A stretch of DNA of 64,000 nucleotides, from positions 2,757 to 66,756 of the forward strand of contig CADAHF010000001.1 of NCBI GenBank assembly GCA_902787665.1, in the 5' to 3' direction. The notes under the pieces are model-generated. The model made no database searches. It was given only the letters and a program-made list of their open reading frames with translations, and had not been told where the DNA came from. The position numbers and the translations under genes were made by a program. The DNA is from an uncultured Pseudomonadota bacterium. GTDB lineage: Bacteria; Pseudomonadota; Alphaproteobacteria; Rs-D84. This document shows positions 25,863 through 35,150 of the stretch, in pieces (positions within the stretch are counted from its first letter, which is position 1; each line of letters begins with the position of its first letter).

Positions 25863-27191
25863 ATGCTTATGAAAAAAATTCTTGCCACATTATCAATATT
25901 AGCGTTGGGAACAACATCTTTTGATGCCTGTGCAGCACAACAAAACAAATCGTTTAGGGAAAAAATGTCTGGTTGGGAATTTGGTGTCGGTGTGCCATTG
26001 GTAACACCATTAACAGGATACAATATGTTTGTTGGATATGTTAACAAAAATGCAACATCTTTTTGGGGTAAACGTTTTGGCCTGCGTTTTGATTTCACAA
26101 TACCATCGCCGCTGCGGTTAAACGCAACACTTAATGATAATAATATTGATGGTTATGATATTGATTTGAATATGAAGGCGTTGTGGATGAATATAAAACG
26201 CCCTGGGTTTGAAACTGCTGAATATATCAAAGATGACCAGGATAACCCAATTCATCTTGATCCAAATTCTGTAAAAGCAGCGTTTGAATTAAAGAACAAA
26301 AGTATGGGATTGTTGGTTGATTTCTATCCGTTCGGCAATACATGGTTTCTTGGTGGAATTCGCCTGACTGGTGGTTATTATATTGGTGATTTGGACATTT
26401 CTGCTAATGTTAAAACGTCCAAGAATATCGATTATATGTATTCTGTTGGTAATGTGGGTGATAATTTGCGCGCGCAAATCGCCGCAGGCAGTCGTATCGG
26501 TGTAAAATATCACTGGAACTATTCTGGACCATACGCTGGTCTTGGGTTTGATTTGGGAATATGGCGCGGCTTTAAATTCTATATGGATGCCGGTGTTGTA
26601 TTTTCACAGGCACCAAAGTTCAAGGAAAGCAACATTGATGACAAACATTTTGTGTTAAAGGGTCGTTATGAAATCAACGGCATTGATTACAGCAATAATA
26701 CAAACATGGTTACCATTATGAATGGTGCCGCTGAAAAACCACAGGCAGATAAAATCGTAAGTGACACCATTGGTCAAACAGCTAAGGATTTCTTAACTAG
26801 TTCTTATGGTCAAGATCCAATGTATAACAGTGTAGTCACCCGAATTCAATCAGATTATGGCGTCAGTATCGCTGATGTCAATATTGCCGATTTGGCAAAT
26901 GACGTTAAGGGGTATTTGAACGGAACATCTAATCCGCAATGGATTGAAAATCTTGTAGCCGTAACTAATCCAGATCCAAACGATCCTAAATTGGAAGAAA
27001 CAATCAAAGATATTAAAGATAACTGGGATACTATCGCAGTCGCAACAAATACTAATGTTCAAGAAGATATTGATAAAGTATGGGACGATTACCAGGATGC
27101 AAAAAAGGACACAATTGATGATATCAATAAAGTCCTGAAAGATATTGGAATCGTGCCAATGGTCAAGATTGGATTTATGTATCGTTTCTAA
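25863..27191 (+). CDS. outer-membrane beta-barrel protein (surface-antigen-like) with acidic C-terminal loop repeats
   Basis: Signal peptide (…ILALGTTSFDACAAQ), alternating amphipathic beta-strands, and a terminal aromatic residue (…IGFMYRF). Confidence 0.5.
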   Translation: MLMKKILATLSILALGTTSFDACAAQQNKSFREKMSGWEFGVGVPLVTPLTGYNMFVGYVNKNATSFWGKRFGLRFDFTIPSPLRLNATLNDNNIDGYDIDLNMKALWMNIKRPGFETAEYIKDDQDNPIHLDPNSVKAAFELKNKSMGLLVDFYPFGNTWFLGGIRLTGGYYIGDLDISANVKTSKNIDYMYSVGNVGDNLRAQIAAGSRIGVKYHWNYSGPYAGLGFDLGIWRGFKFYMDAGVVFSQAPKFKESNIDDKHFVLKGRYEINGIDYSNNTNMVTIMNGAAEKPQADKIVSDTIGQTAKDFLTSSYGQDPMYNSVVTRIQSDYGVSIADVNIADLANDVKGYLNGTSNPQWIENLVAVTNPDPNDPKLEETIKDIKDNWDTIAVATNTNVQEDIDKVWDDYQDAKKDTIDDINKVLKDIGIVPMVKIGFMYRF

Positions 27192-27194
27192 ACA

Positions 27195-27222
27195 AAACCG
27201 CCCAAACGGGCGGTTAAATTTT
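27195..27222. terminator. bidirectional terminator hairpin
   Basis: AAAACCGCCCAAACGGGCGGTT followed by AAATTTTT. Confidence 0.55.
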
Positions 27223-27296
27223 TGGTTGGGGCGCACGGATTCGAACCATGATAAAGAGAACCAAAATCTCTTGTCCTACCATTAGACGACACCCCA
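27223..27296 (-). tRNA. tRNA-Gln (anticodon UUG)
   Basis: Minus-strand cloverleaf: acceptor TGGGGTG/CGCCCCA, anticodon stem AGAGA/TCTCT with loop TTTTGGT, T-loop GGTTCGAATCC, and an encoded CCA. Confidence 0.75.
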
Positions 27297-27467
27297 AGGA
27301 CAACGCAGATTATAATATTCTTTGCTTGTTTTGCAATAATATTTTTAGTTTTTATCAAAAAATATAAATTTTTTCTAAAAATACCACTTGCAATAAAATT
27401 GTTAAAATATATAATAATTGGCGGTTTTAATCAATTGCCGGTGTTTTTTGATGAAAAGGGGGACAAA

Positions 27468-27911
27468 ATGGCACATAAAGAGTTTATTCGTCTTATCGAA
27501 GACAATATGCGTATTATGGATCGTTTAATGGACCATACAAAGTCTAAAATGATACGAAATGTGTCTTATACGCGTTCGCAGATTAGTGTTTTGGTGCGTT
27601 TGTACCTGGGCGGGCGTGCTTTGTTGAAAGATATTGCATATCGTGAATTTACAACAACACCAAATCTGTGCGCGACTTTCAAGGTTTTGGAATCACAAGG
27701 TTTGGTTTTACGAGAGGTTGATGCGCACGACCGTCGCAATACGTGGTACAGCGTGACCAAAAAGGGCGCTGATGTTGCAAGGGCTATGATTACAGAATTT
27801 GAAAATATTATCGGCTCGGTTTTTGCAAAATTATCACATGAAGACGAAGAAAAATTAACCAGTGCAATGTCAACGATTAATAAAATTTTAGAAAATATGG
27901 AGGTTGCATAA
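27468..27911 (+). CDS. MarR-family transcriptional regulator (first gene of efflux operon)
   Basis: Winged-helix MarR pattern (…QISVLVRLYLGGRALLKDIAYREF…LESQGLVLREVDAHDRRNTWYSVTKKG…). RBS AAGGGGGAC. Confidence 0.75.
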   Translation: MAHKEFIRLIEDNMRIMDRLMDHTKSKMIRNVSYTRSQISVLVRLYLGGRALLKDIAYREFTTTPNLCATFKVLESQGLVLREVDAHDRRNTWYSVTKKGADVARAMITEFENIIGSVFAKLSHEDEEKLTSAMSTINKILENMEVA

Positions 27912-27912
27912 T

Positions 27913-29247
27913 ATGCGAAAAATAATCAGTTTTTTTGTCGCGATGTTTGTTGCTGTGCCACTGTTCCCGTTGTATGCAATGGATTTGTCGCTTGATGCGG
28001 CGGTTGAAAAAATATTAAACGAATCTCAAGATATGAAAAAGGCGGATGCAAATATTAAAAAGGCACAAGCATCATTAGATGCTGCTAATGCAAATCGCTG
28101 GTTCAGGTTGGAAGGTTCGGCGACATATATGAATATGGTCGATGTTGCACATCCGTTCAGTGGCTCAATGAATATGTCATTGCCACCACAACTTGGTGGC
28201 CTGATTGGTCAAATGATTAACAATGGCAATCCAGTAACAGAAATTGAAATGCCGGATAATATTTTTATGGCGGGTTTAACATTTACGCAACCAATTTATA
28301 CTTTTGGGAAAATTGGTAATGCGGTTGATGCCATGCGCAGCGCGATAAAAATGTCCGAAGCCAGCAAAGAAATGGTTCGGCGTGAGGTTAAATATAGTGC
28401 GGTTGACCTGTACTGGACGGCAAAAATGACAGATGAGATAGTAAAACTTACCGAACAGGATCTGAAATCAGCGCAAAATGCGCGTCGCAATTTAACATCG
28501 GCGGGCCGCGCAAATCGTGGAAACTTGGTCAAGATTGAATCTGATATCGCAGCAAAGGAAATAAATCTGTCGGATGCAAAATTTAATCGTGATACAGCGC
28601 ATCGTATGTTGAAAATTTTGGCTGGTGTTGATGTTGATGAAGAATTAAATTTAACAACCGAATTTCCAAAAACTTTTGCAGAATTAGACGCGGGCGAATT
28701 GACAAATACACCGGAATGGGACATATTGAATCAACAAATCCGTATGTATGAAAAATCTGCGCGTTCCAAACGTGATGGCGCATTACCAACATTGGCGGCA
28801 ACTGCATCATATAATTATTCTGCGATTGGTAATGCGGCGGACGAATTGTTTGATAAAAAGGGAAATCAATCTGCGTATTGGGGGCTGGCGTTTCAAATGC
28901 CTATCTTTTCCGGTGGCATAGATCGTGCGAATGCAACGGTTGATGCGATGAATGCCGAAGCCGCGCGTCAAGATTTGGATAAATCTAAAAAAATCACAAC
29001 AGAAAAATATGATAATGCAATAAAGCAATATAACCACTTGCGTGGAAATTTAACAACATTACAAAATGCACGCGATTTGGCATCAAAAGCATATGGCTTT
29101 TCGCGCCAACGTTTTATTGCTGGGCAAACATCGGCAATTGAATTAGCCGAAGCATCAAGCGGTCTGTATCAATTGGATATGGCATTGCTGAATTCTAAAT
29201 ACAAAATTTTAATGGCGGCAGAATCTGTGAAAAAGTTGGGTGAATAA
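27913..29247 (+). CDS. TolC-family outer-membrane efflux protein
   Basis: Signal peptide, then two TolC-like repeats with characteristic coiled-coil/beta segments. RBS GGAGG lies 9 nt upstream of the ATG at 27913. The stop overlaps the next gene. Confidence 0.75.
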   Translation: MRKIISFFVAMFVAVPLFPLYAMDLSLDAAVEKILNESQDMKKADANIKKAQASLDAANANRWFRLEGSATYMNMVDVAHPFSGSMNMSLPPQLGGLIGQMINNGNPVTEIEMPDNIFMAGLTFTQPIYTFGKIGNAVDAMRSAIKMSEASKEMVRREVKYSAVDLYWTAKMTDEIVKLTEQDLKSAQNARRNLTSAGRANRGNLVKIESDIAAKEINLSDAKFNRDTAHRMLKILAGVDVDEELNLTTEFPKTFAELDAGELTNTPEWDILNQQIRMYEKSARSKRDGALPTLAATASYNYSAIGNAADELFDKKGNQSAYWGLAFQMPIFSGGIDRANATVDAMNAEAARQDLDKSKKITTEKYDNAIKQYNHLRGNLTTLQNARDLASKAYGFSRQRFIAGQTSAIELAEASSGLYQLDMALLNSKYKILMAAESVKKLGE

Positions 29248-29248
29248 A

Positions 29249-29857
29249 ATGAGAAAGATAATTGAAAAAATTAAAAATTTGAACACACAACGTACGCGGC
29301 ATATCGTGTTGCGTATAATAATGGCGGTGTTCGCATTATTTGTTATATATCGTTTTGTGTCGTTCGGTATGGAACAGAATATGTCTGTATTTAATATGAC
29401 GCGCGATGCCGAAAAAAACGGTGTCCCGGTAAGTGTTCTTGAAATGAAAAAAACAGATGGTGTGATTTATGAGCCGTTGTTTATCAAAAATAATCGCGCC
29501 TATGTATCAAGTATGCGTGTTTCTAAATTCAAGAGTGGTCAGAAAATATCAAGTGGTGGCGAAGTTGTATCGGTATCATCATCAATTGATTTAGATTCTG
29601 GCATGCATATTATTCGCACGCGTGGTGTAACGGACGGTGCACATACTGTTGAAATACGCGAAAACGGATTTTATGTGCCAACATATGCCGTGCATAACGG
29701 AAATGTTTTTGTTGTGCGCGATGGTATTGCGCACAGTATCCCAGTGGCTGTTGTTCGTGGTGATGCGGATAACACGATGATAACTGGTGTGGAAAACGGT
29801 GATGTTGTTATTACATCGCATGTTTCAGAAGGTAATAAGGTCAAAGTTGTAAAGTAG
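29249..29857 (+). CDS. unusually short (~200 aa) RND periplasmic adaptor (membrane-fusion) protein
   Basis: N-terminal TM anchor, then beta-barrel/membrane-proximal-like segments (…VSVLEMKKTDGVIYEPLF…VRGDADNTMITGVENGDVVIT…). It appears to lack the alpha-hairpin region. Confidence 0.55.
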   Translation: MRKIIEKIKNLNTQRTRHIVLRIIMAVFALFVIYRFVSFGMEQNMSVFNMTRDAEKNGVPVSVLEMKKTDGVIYEPLFIKNNRAYVSSMRVSKFKSGQKISSGGEVVSVSSSIDLDSGMHIIRTRGVTDGAHTVEIRENGFYVPTYAVHNGNVFVVRDGIAHSIPVAVVRGDADNTMITGVENGDVVITSHVSEGNKVKVVK

Positions 29858-29867
29858 GGGTTATAAA

Positions 29868-32800
29868 ATGTTGAAATTTTTTGTTCGTCGTCCAGTTACT
29901 ACATTAATGTTTGTTTTGGTTTGGGTGCTGCTGGGGCTTGTTGCATATCCGCGCATAAACATTGAACGAACACCGTCATTGGACTTTCCAATGGTGACGG
30001 CAACATTTGTGTATCCAGGCGCGTCAAGCGATGAAATAGAATCGCAAGTTATTAAAAAGGCCGAAGATGCAATTTCCGAAGTGCCTGGGGTAAAACATAT
30101 TACATCGCGTATTTATGAAAACGGTGGCTTTATCATGACCGAATTTAATTTGGGCATAAATGCAAATGATAAAGCGGCAGAAATTAAAACCAAGATTGAC
30201 GGACTGGCGTCACAATTTCCAGATGATCTAAAGCAACCCGTGGTTGAAAAAATGAACCCGTTACAGCAAGCGGTTATGGATATCGTTTTAACCGGACCAT
30301 CTGGCGAAGAAATTAAGCAATATGTCAAAGATATATTGGCTAACAAGATAACTGAAATTGATGGTGTGGCAAAGGTTTCAACATTTGGTGGGCGCGATCG
30401 TGCAATTCGTGTCGCGATGGATCCAGATTTGATGGCGGCACGTGGCGTTACGATTATGGATGTTATAACGGCATTGGGAAATAAAAACATCAATGTGCCG
30501 GGCGGTAAAATTGAATATGGTGCGACATCAAACAATGTGCGTTTTATTGGTGAATTTGCAGATGTTGATGAAATTGCAAATCTGCCGATTTCAACCAGCG
30601 AAGGTATCCGATTCAAGTTATCAGATGTTGCATCTGTGCGTGACGCGGCGCGCGATATTGAAAACGGTGCGCGTTATAATGGGACGGATGTTGTAATTGC
30701 ATCCGTTGAAAAGGCGAACGATGGTAACGCAATTAAAATATCAAAAGGGTTGCGCAAAAAATTGCCGGAATTAAACGCAGACTTTGCAGCACATTTCCCG
30801 AATGTTGATACAAGTATTGAAATTATATCTGATTCTTCAACTGCGATTTCAAACGATACAGACGACACAATTAACGGAATTATTTTGGGTGTTATATTTA
30901 CGGTTTTGGTTTTGCTTGCGTTCACACGCAACTGGCGTTCAACAGTTATTGCTGGTGTCGTGATTCCGGCATCGTTAATCGCTGGGTTTGAATTTGTATC
31001 TGCAAGTGGGTTTACAATTAACGCGGTCACATTGCTTGCGTATTCATCGGCATTGGGAACACTGGTGTCAAACGCAATTATTTTGATTGAGGCTGCACTG
31101 CAAGAAATGCGCGCGGGCAAAGATTCTGAAAGCGCGGCAATTGACGGAACCAAGAAAGTTGCTGTTTCGGTATTGGCGGGCGTTGGAACAAATGTCGTGG
31201 TGTTTTTACCGTTGGCATTTATGGGCGGTATTATTGGTAAATTTATGATTCAGTTCGGTTTGACGGTTGTGTATTTAACACTGTTATCACTGATGTTCAG
31301 TTTTACGTTAACACCAATGATGATTGCGCGTTTCTTGAAACTGTCCGCAGACAATAAACGCGAAATGGCAAAGAAAGTAAACGAAAACAAAAAGGCCGAA
31401 AAGTCATCTTGGCTGCGCAAATGGTTTAATTATCAAATGATACATTCGGGCCGCGTTGTTGGTTTGGCTTTCTTGGTATTGTTTGCATCAACATTTTTAA
31501 TGCGATTTGTTGGAAATGAATTCCAACCAAAAACAGATGTTAATGAAATTACAATTACTGCGCGCGCACCAATGGGCGCAACTTATGAAAAATCAGCCGA
31601 GATTGTAAAACAGATTGAATCGCGCCTGGGCAATATCAAGGAAATTAAATCAACGACCGTAAAAATTGGTGACCAAGGTTTACAGAATATTCAGATAAAG
31701 GTGGAATTGATTGATAAATCAAATCGGCGTAAATCTGATGCAACATTGTCGCGCGAAATTTTGCCGATGTTAAACGATATTCCAGATTTGGAAATCCAAA
31801 TTCGTCCGGGAATGGCAATGTCGGGTGTATCAAGCGATATCGTATTGAATATATATGGCGAAGACGATGCAATACGTGAATCTTATGCGCGGAAAATTAT
31901 TGATGAAATAAATAAAATAGAAGAAATTCAATCGGCAGTGTTGGCACAACAAACCCCAACTAACGAAGTGCGGTTTATCCCCGATGCAGATAAGATGGAT
32001 TTCTGGGGCGTAAAAAATTCGTATGCGGGAACGGTGCTGCGTTATGCGCTTTATGGAAACGACAGTTATAAGTATAAAGAAAACGGTAACGAATACCCGA
32101 TTGTTGTTGAATTTGCAAAACCGTTCAAGACCCAGAATTTGTTTGATGTGGTTTATGCCAATTCGTCCAAGGGGATGGTTGCTTTGTCTGAATTGGGTGA
32201 ACAAAAGGTTGTTATGGCTGCGCCAGATATTCGCCGTTTGGATAAAAACAGAATCACCGAAATTGATATTAATTTGGGTAAATCAACCCTGGGGCCGGTT
32301 CAGAAAAAGATAGAATCGGTTGTAAAGAATATGGATTGGCAACCCGGTTACAGATATAAATTTGGCGGTATGTCGGAAATTCAAGGCGACGCAACCGGTG
32401 AAATTGGTCAGGCATTCTTACTTGCGTCCATATTAACATTTATGTTATTGGCGGCAATATTGAATTCATTGACCCATCCATTAACAATGGCAACCGCAAT
32501 TATAACAAGTTTTGCGGGTGTGTTTGTCATGCTGTTCTTGTCTGGTGCTTCTATGAACGTTGGTGCCATGTTGGCATTTGTTATGTTGGTTGGTTTGGTG
32601 GTTAATAACAGTATTTTGGTTCTGGAACCGACAATCAATCGCGTGCGCAGTGGTGAAAAAATTGCCGACGCGTTGTGGACAGAATTAACCCAGCGAAAGA
32701 ATATGGTGTTAATGACATCAATCGCAGTTGCCGCGGGTATGTTACCACAAATGTTCGGTGGTGACGGCATGAAGACAGCAATGGCGGCAGTTTTAATCGG

Positions 32801-32909
32801 TGGTATGTTGGCATCAATGGTTTGGACATTTACGCTGACGCCGGCATTGTTCGTGGTAATGGAAAACCTGCGCAACCGCGTGCGTGGTTTGATGAACATG
32901 AAAAAGTAA
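29868..32909 (+). CDS. RND-family efflux transporter permease (AcrB/HAE1-like)
   Basis: 1013 aa with the 12-TM duplicated RND architecture and AcrB-like N-terminus (…FFVRRPVTTLMFVLVWVLLGL…). Confidence 0.85.
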   Translation: MLKFFVRRPVTTLMFVLVWVLLGLVAYPRINIERTPSLDFPMVTATFVYPGASSDEIESQVIKKAEDAISEVPGVKHITSRIYENGGFIMTEFNLGINANDKAAEIKTKIDGLASQFPDDLKQPVVEKMNPLQQAVMDIVLTGPSGEEIKQYVKDILANKITEIDGVAKVSTFGGRDRAIRVAMDPDLMAARGVTIMDVITALGNKNINVPGGKIEYGATSNNVRFIGEFADVDEIANLPISTSEGIRFKLSDVASVRDAARDIENGARYNGTDVVIASVEKANDGNAIKISKGLRKKLPELNADFAAHFPNVDTSIEIISDSSTAISNDTDDTINGIILGVIFTVLVLLAFTRNWRSTVIAGVVIPASLIAGFEFVSASGFTINAVTLLAYSSALGTLVSNAIILIEAALQEMRAGKDSESAAIDGTKKVAVSVLAGVGTNVVVFLPLAFMGGIIGKFMIQFGLTVVYLTLLSLMFSFTLTPMMIARFLKLSADNKREMAKKVNENKKAEKSSWLRKWFNYQMIHSGRVVGLAFLVLFASTFLMRFVGNEFQPKTDVNEITITARAPMGATYEKSAEIVKQIESRLGNIKEIKSTTVKIGDQGLQNIQIKVELIDKSNRRKSDATLSREILPMLNDIPDLEIQIRPGMAMSGVSSDIVLNIYGEDDAIRESYARKIIDEINKIEEIQSAVLAQQTPTNEVRFIPDADKMDFWGVKNSYAGTVLRYALYGNDSYKYKENGNEYPIVVEFAKPFKTQNLFDVVYANSSKGMVALSELGEQKVVMAAPDIRRLDKNRITEIDINLGKSTLGPVQKKIESVVKNMDWQPGYRYKFGGMSEIQGDATGEIGQAFLLASILTFMLLAAILNSLTHPLTMATAIITSFAGVFVMLFLSGASMNVGAMLAFVMLVGLVVNNSILVLEPTINRVRSGEKIADALWTELTQRKNMVLMTSIAVAAGMLPQMFGGDGMKTAMAAVLIGGMLASMVWTFTLTPALFVVMENLRNRVRGLMNMKK

Positions 32910-32920
32910 AAGGTGAACAA

Positions 32921-33379
32921 ATGGCACAAGAAATAAGATTTTGCACACCGACGGGGCCGTATTGGTTCTTAAGCCCATTGGCAATCTTTCCAATACGCAT
33001 GACGGTTGACGACAAAGAATTTGTCTTTCCAAGTGCGGAACATTATTACCAGGCAATGAAATTTTATGCATCAGATTCGCGTTTTAATGTAATTATCAAT
33101 ATGAAAAATGCTGACGATGCGCGATTGATAACAAAAACGCCAGAATATAAAATAAATCGTCGTGCTGATTTTGATAAACATAAATATGAAATAATGGAAA
33201 ACGCATTGCGGGAAAAGTTCAAACAGAATAAAGATGCAGCAGAAATGTTGAAAAATACAGGTGATGCGATTTTAATAAAGGCGTGCCCGGTGTGTTATAA
33301 ATGTGGTTTTGGAATAGGCAGTGGTGAAAACAGAATCGGCAAAACATTGATGGCAATTCGTAAAGAATTGCAGAAATAA
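32921..33379 (+). CDS. NADAR-domain (YbiA-like, DUF1768) protein
   Basis: …FVFPSAEHYYQAMKF… and C-terminal …GFGIGSGENRIGKTLMAIRKEL… match the NADAR family. Confidence 0.65.
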   Translation: MAQEIRFCTPTGPYWFLSPLAIFPIRMTVDDKEFVFPSAEHYYQAMKFYASDSRFNVIINMKNADDARLITKTPEYKINRRADFDKHKYEIMENALREKFKQNKDAAEMLKNTGDAILIKACPVCYKCGFGIGSGENRIGKTLMAIRKELQK

Positions 33380-33408
33380 AAAACACCGGCATTTGCCGGT
33401 GTTTTTTG
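33378..33408 (+). terminator. terminator hairpin of the ACCGGCA…CCGGTGTTTTTT family
   Basis: AACACCGGCATTTGCCGGTGTTTTTT. Confidence 0.7.
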
Positions 33409-33463
33409 GTTTGCAGAGTTTTATAAAATATTGTTATAATAACGGCAAGTGAAAGGAATAAAA

Positions 33464-34069
33464 ATGCAAAATAAAGCAAAGAAAGTAAATGTTGTTGTGT
33501 TTGATTTTGATGGGACTTTGTCGGCGTATGATGCAAATGTTGAATTTGGAAAATACTGTTTGCGTCATTCGTTGCGGACTTGGGCTTTTTTGCCGGTAAT
33601 TTTAGTTGCGTATATTGGGCGGCTGATAAATCATCCGGGAATTTGGTGGCGGCAAACTATGCGTCGGTTTTTAACGGCGGGCATGCGTGACAAATTCGCA
33701 CGCGATTTTATAAGACAGCATAAATTAAATCGATTTGGTTGGGCATCAGAACGCGTCGCGGCGGAACGCGCAGCGGGCAACATTGTTGTTTTGATTTCTG
33801 CATCCCCAGATTATTTGTTGCGGCCATTGGTGCGCGATATAAAATTTGATGCGGTTATGTGTTCGGAAATGGATAAAGATTATCCATGGAAATATAAATT
33901 TTTATGTTGGGGCAAAAACAAGGTTGCCGCATTAAATGCCTGGGCGGAAAAAAAGAAAATTACACCACACATTGTGCGTTCTTATTCCGACAGCAAATCA
34001 GATATGCCAATAATGAAATTGGCAGATGAGGCGGTTTGGATAAATCGTAAAACAGGTTGCAGAAAATAA
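33464..34069 (+). CDS. HAD-superfamily subfamily IB hydrolase
   Basis: Motif I VVFDFDGTL. RBS AAGGAA. Alpha/beta HAD core with cap insertion. Confidence 0.65.
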   Translation: MQNKAKKVNVVVFDFDGTLSAYDANVEFGKYCLRHSLRTWAFLPVILVAYIGRLINHPGIWWRQTMRRFLTAGMRDKFARDFIRQHKLNRFGWASERVAAERAAGNIVVLISASPDYLLRPLVRDIKFDAVMCSEMDKDYPWKYKFLCWGKNKVAALNAWAEKKKITPHIVRSYSDSKSDMPIMKLADEAVWINRKTGCRK

Positions 34070-34074
34070 AACAC

Positions 34075-34158
34075 TGGATTGCTTCGCAGGCTCGCAATGA
34101 CAAAACAACAGGCAAGCTCCATTGTCATTGCGAAGCCGTCAGGCGACGTGGCAATCCA
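34075..34158. repeat. nested imperfect palindrome (outer 8-bp stem TGGATTGC/GCAATCCA, inner 11-bp stem CGCAATGACAA/TTGTCATTGCG)
   Basis: Read directly from the sequence. It sits between the convergent HAD and rmuC genes. Confidence 0.6.
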
Positions 34159-34172
34159 AAAATTGTATCAAT

Positions 34173-34232
34173 AAAAACACCGGCATCCGTCTTCGCTTCG
34201 CTACGTCGAGACAGGTTTGCTGGTGTTTTTTT
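34173..34232. repeat. ~60-nt palindromic repeat (CACCGGCA-[45 nt]-TGCTGGTG + T-run); second copy, inverted, at 41667-41726
   Basis: Its core is ~90% identical to the reverse complement of the element after pyk. Flanked by A-run and T-run, so it can act as a bidirectional terminator. Confidence 0.6.
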
Positions 34233-34238
34233 GCCTTT

Positions 34239-35108
34239 TTATTCCCCAAAATCAAGTTCGCGGATTTTTTCGGCACGTGGGGTAATTTTATCAATAGATG
34301 TTTGTAATTCGCCGATATCTTTCTGGGCCAATGCAAAATGTTGATCAATTGCACCCGCACGTTTAGACAGACGATCCAAATCGGCCAGCAATAATTCCAA
34401 TTCTTTTTTGATTTTACCCGCAACGCGTTTAATCTTGATGTCCGACAATATTGCACGAATTGTGTTTAATGTCGCCCACAGTGTTGATGGTGACACAATG
34501 AACACTTTGCGCCGTGCGGCATAGTCAATCGCACCTGGAAAATCGCGATGCAGCGATTCAAATATAGATTCTGATGCAATAAACATCATTGCAGATTCAG
34601 CGGTAGTCCCTGGGATAATATATTTTTCGGCAATCGCGTCAATGTGTTTGCGGACGTCCAGCTCAAACTGCTTTTTTGCGCCTTCTTCGCCATTCGCCAA
34701 CCGATTATACGATTCCAGTGGAAATTTGCTGTCAATTACCATGTCGCCCGGGGGATATGGCAGGCGAATAATACAATCTGGACGCACACCGGTTGGTAAA
34801 ACATGCTGAAAATCATAGGTTTCTGGTGGCATTATGTCGGTCACGATGTCGGTTAATTGCCGTTCGCCAAATGTTCCGCGTGCCTGTTTGTTGCCCATAA
34901 GGATATTCTTGAAATTCGCGATGTCTGCACTGATATTCTTTAATTCAATCGCGTTTTGCGACAGCGCGCCCAGGCGTTCCGCCAGGCGTTCACGAAGTCT
35001 TGCGTTATCTTCTTTTAAAGCCGAAATATCAACGGTTGGACGGCGAAAAAACTGCACAATTGTCATAACCGCGATGAAAATTAATAAAATTAAAATATAA
35101 GTTGTCAT
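34239..35108 (-). CDS. rmuC: DNA recombination protein RmuC
   Basis: N-terminal TM, a long coiled-coil, then the RmuC C-terminal nuclease-like region. RBS AAGGAATA before the ATG at 35108. Confidence 0.75.
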   Translation of the reverse strand: MTTYILILLIFIAVMTIVQFFRRPTVDISALKEDNARLRERLAERLGALSQNAIELKNISADIANFKNILMGNKQARGTFGERQLTDIVTDIMPPETYDFQHVLPTGVRPDCIIRLPYPPGDMVIDSKFPLESYNRLANGEEGAKKQFELDVRKHIDAIAEKYIIPGTTAESAMMFIASESIFESLHRDFPGAIDYAARRKVFIVSPSTLWATLNTIRAILSDIKIKRVAGKIKKELELLLADLDRLSKRAGAIDQHFALAQKDIGELQTSIDKITPRAEKIRELDFGE

Positions 35109-35150
35109 TTGGTATTCCTTTGCTATCATTCATTATAAGAGGTTTTGTAA

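Noticed and set aside
34057-34344. Small plus-strand ORFs (95 and 61 aa) across the HAD-rmuC intergenic palindromes
   Set aside because: They translate through hairpin and repeat sequence and overlap the 3' end of rmuC on the opposite strand. No RBS.
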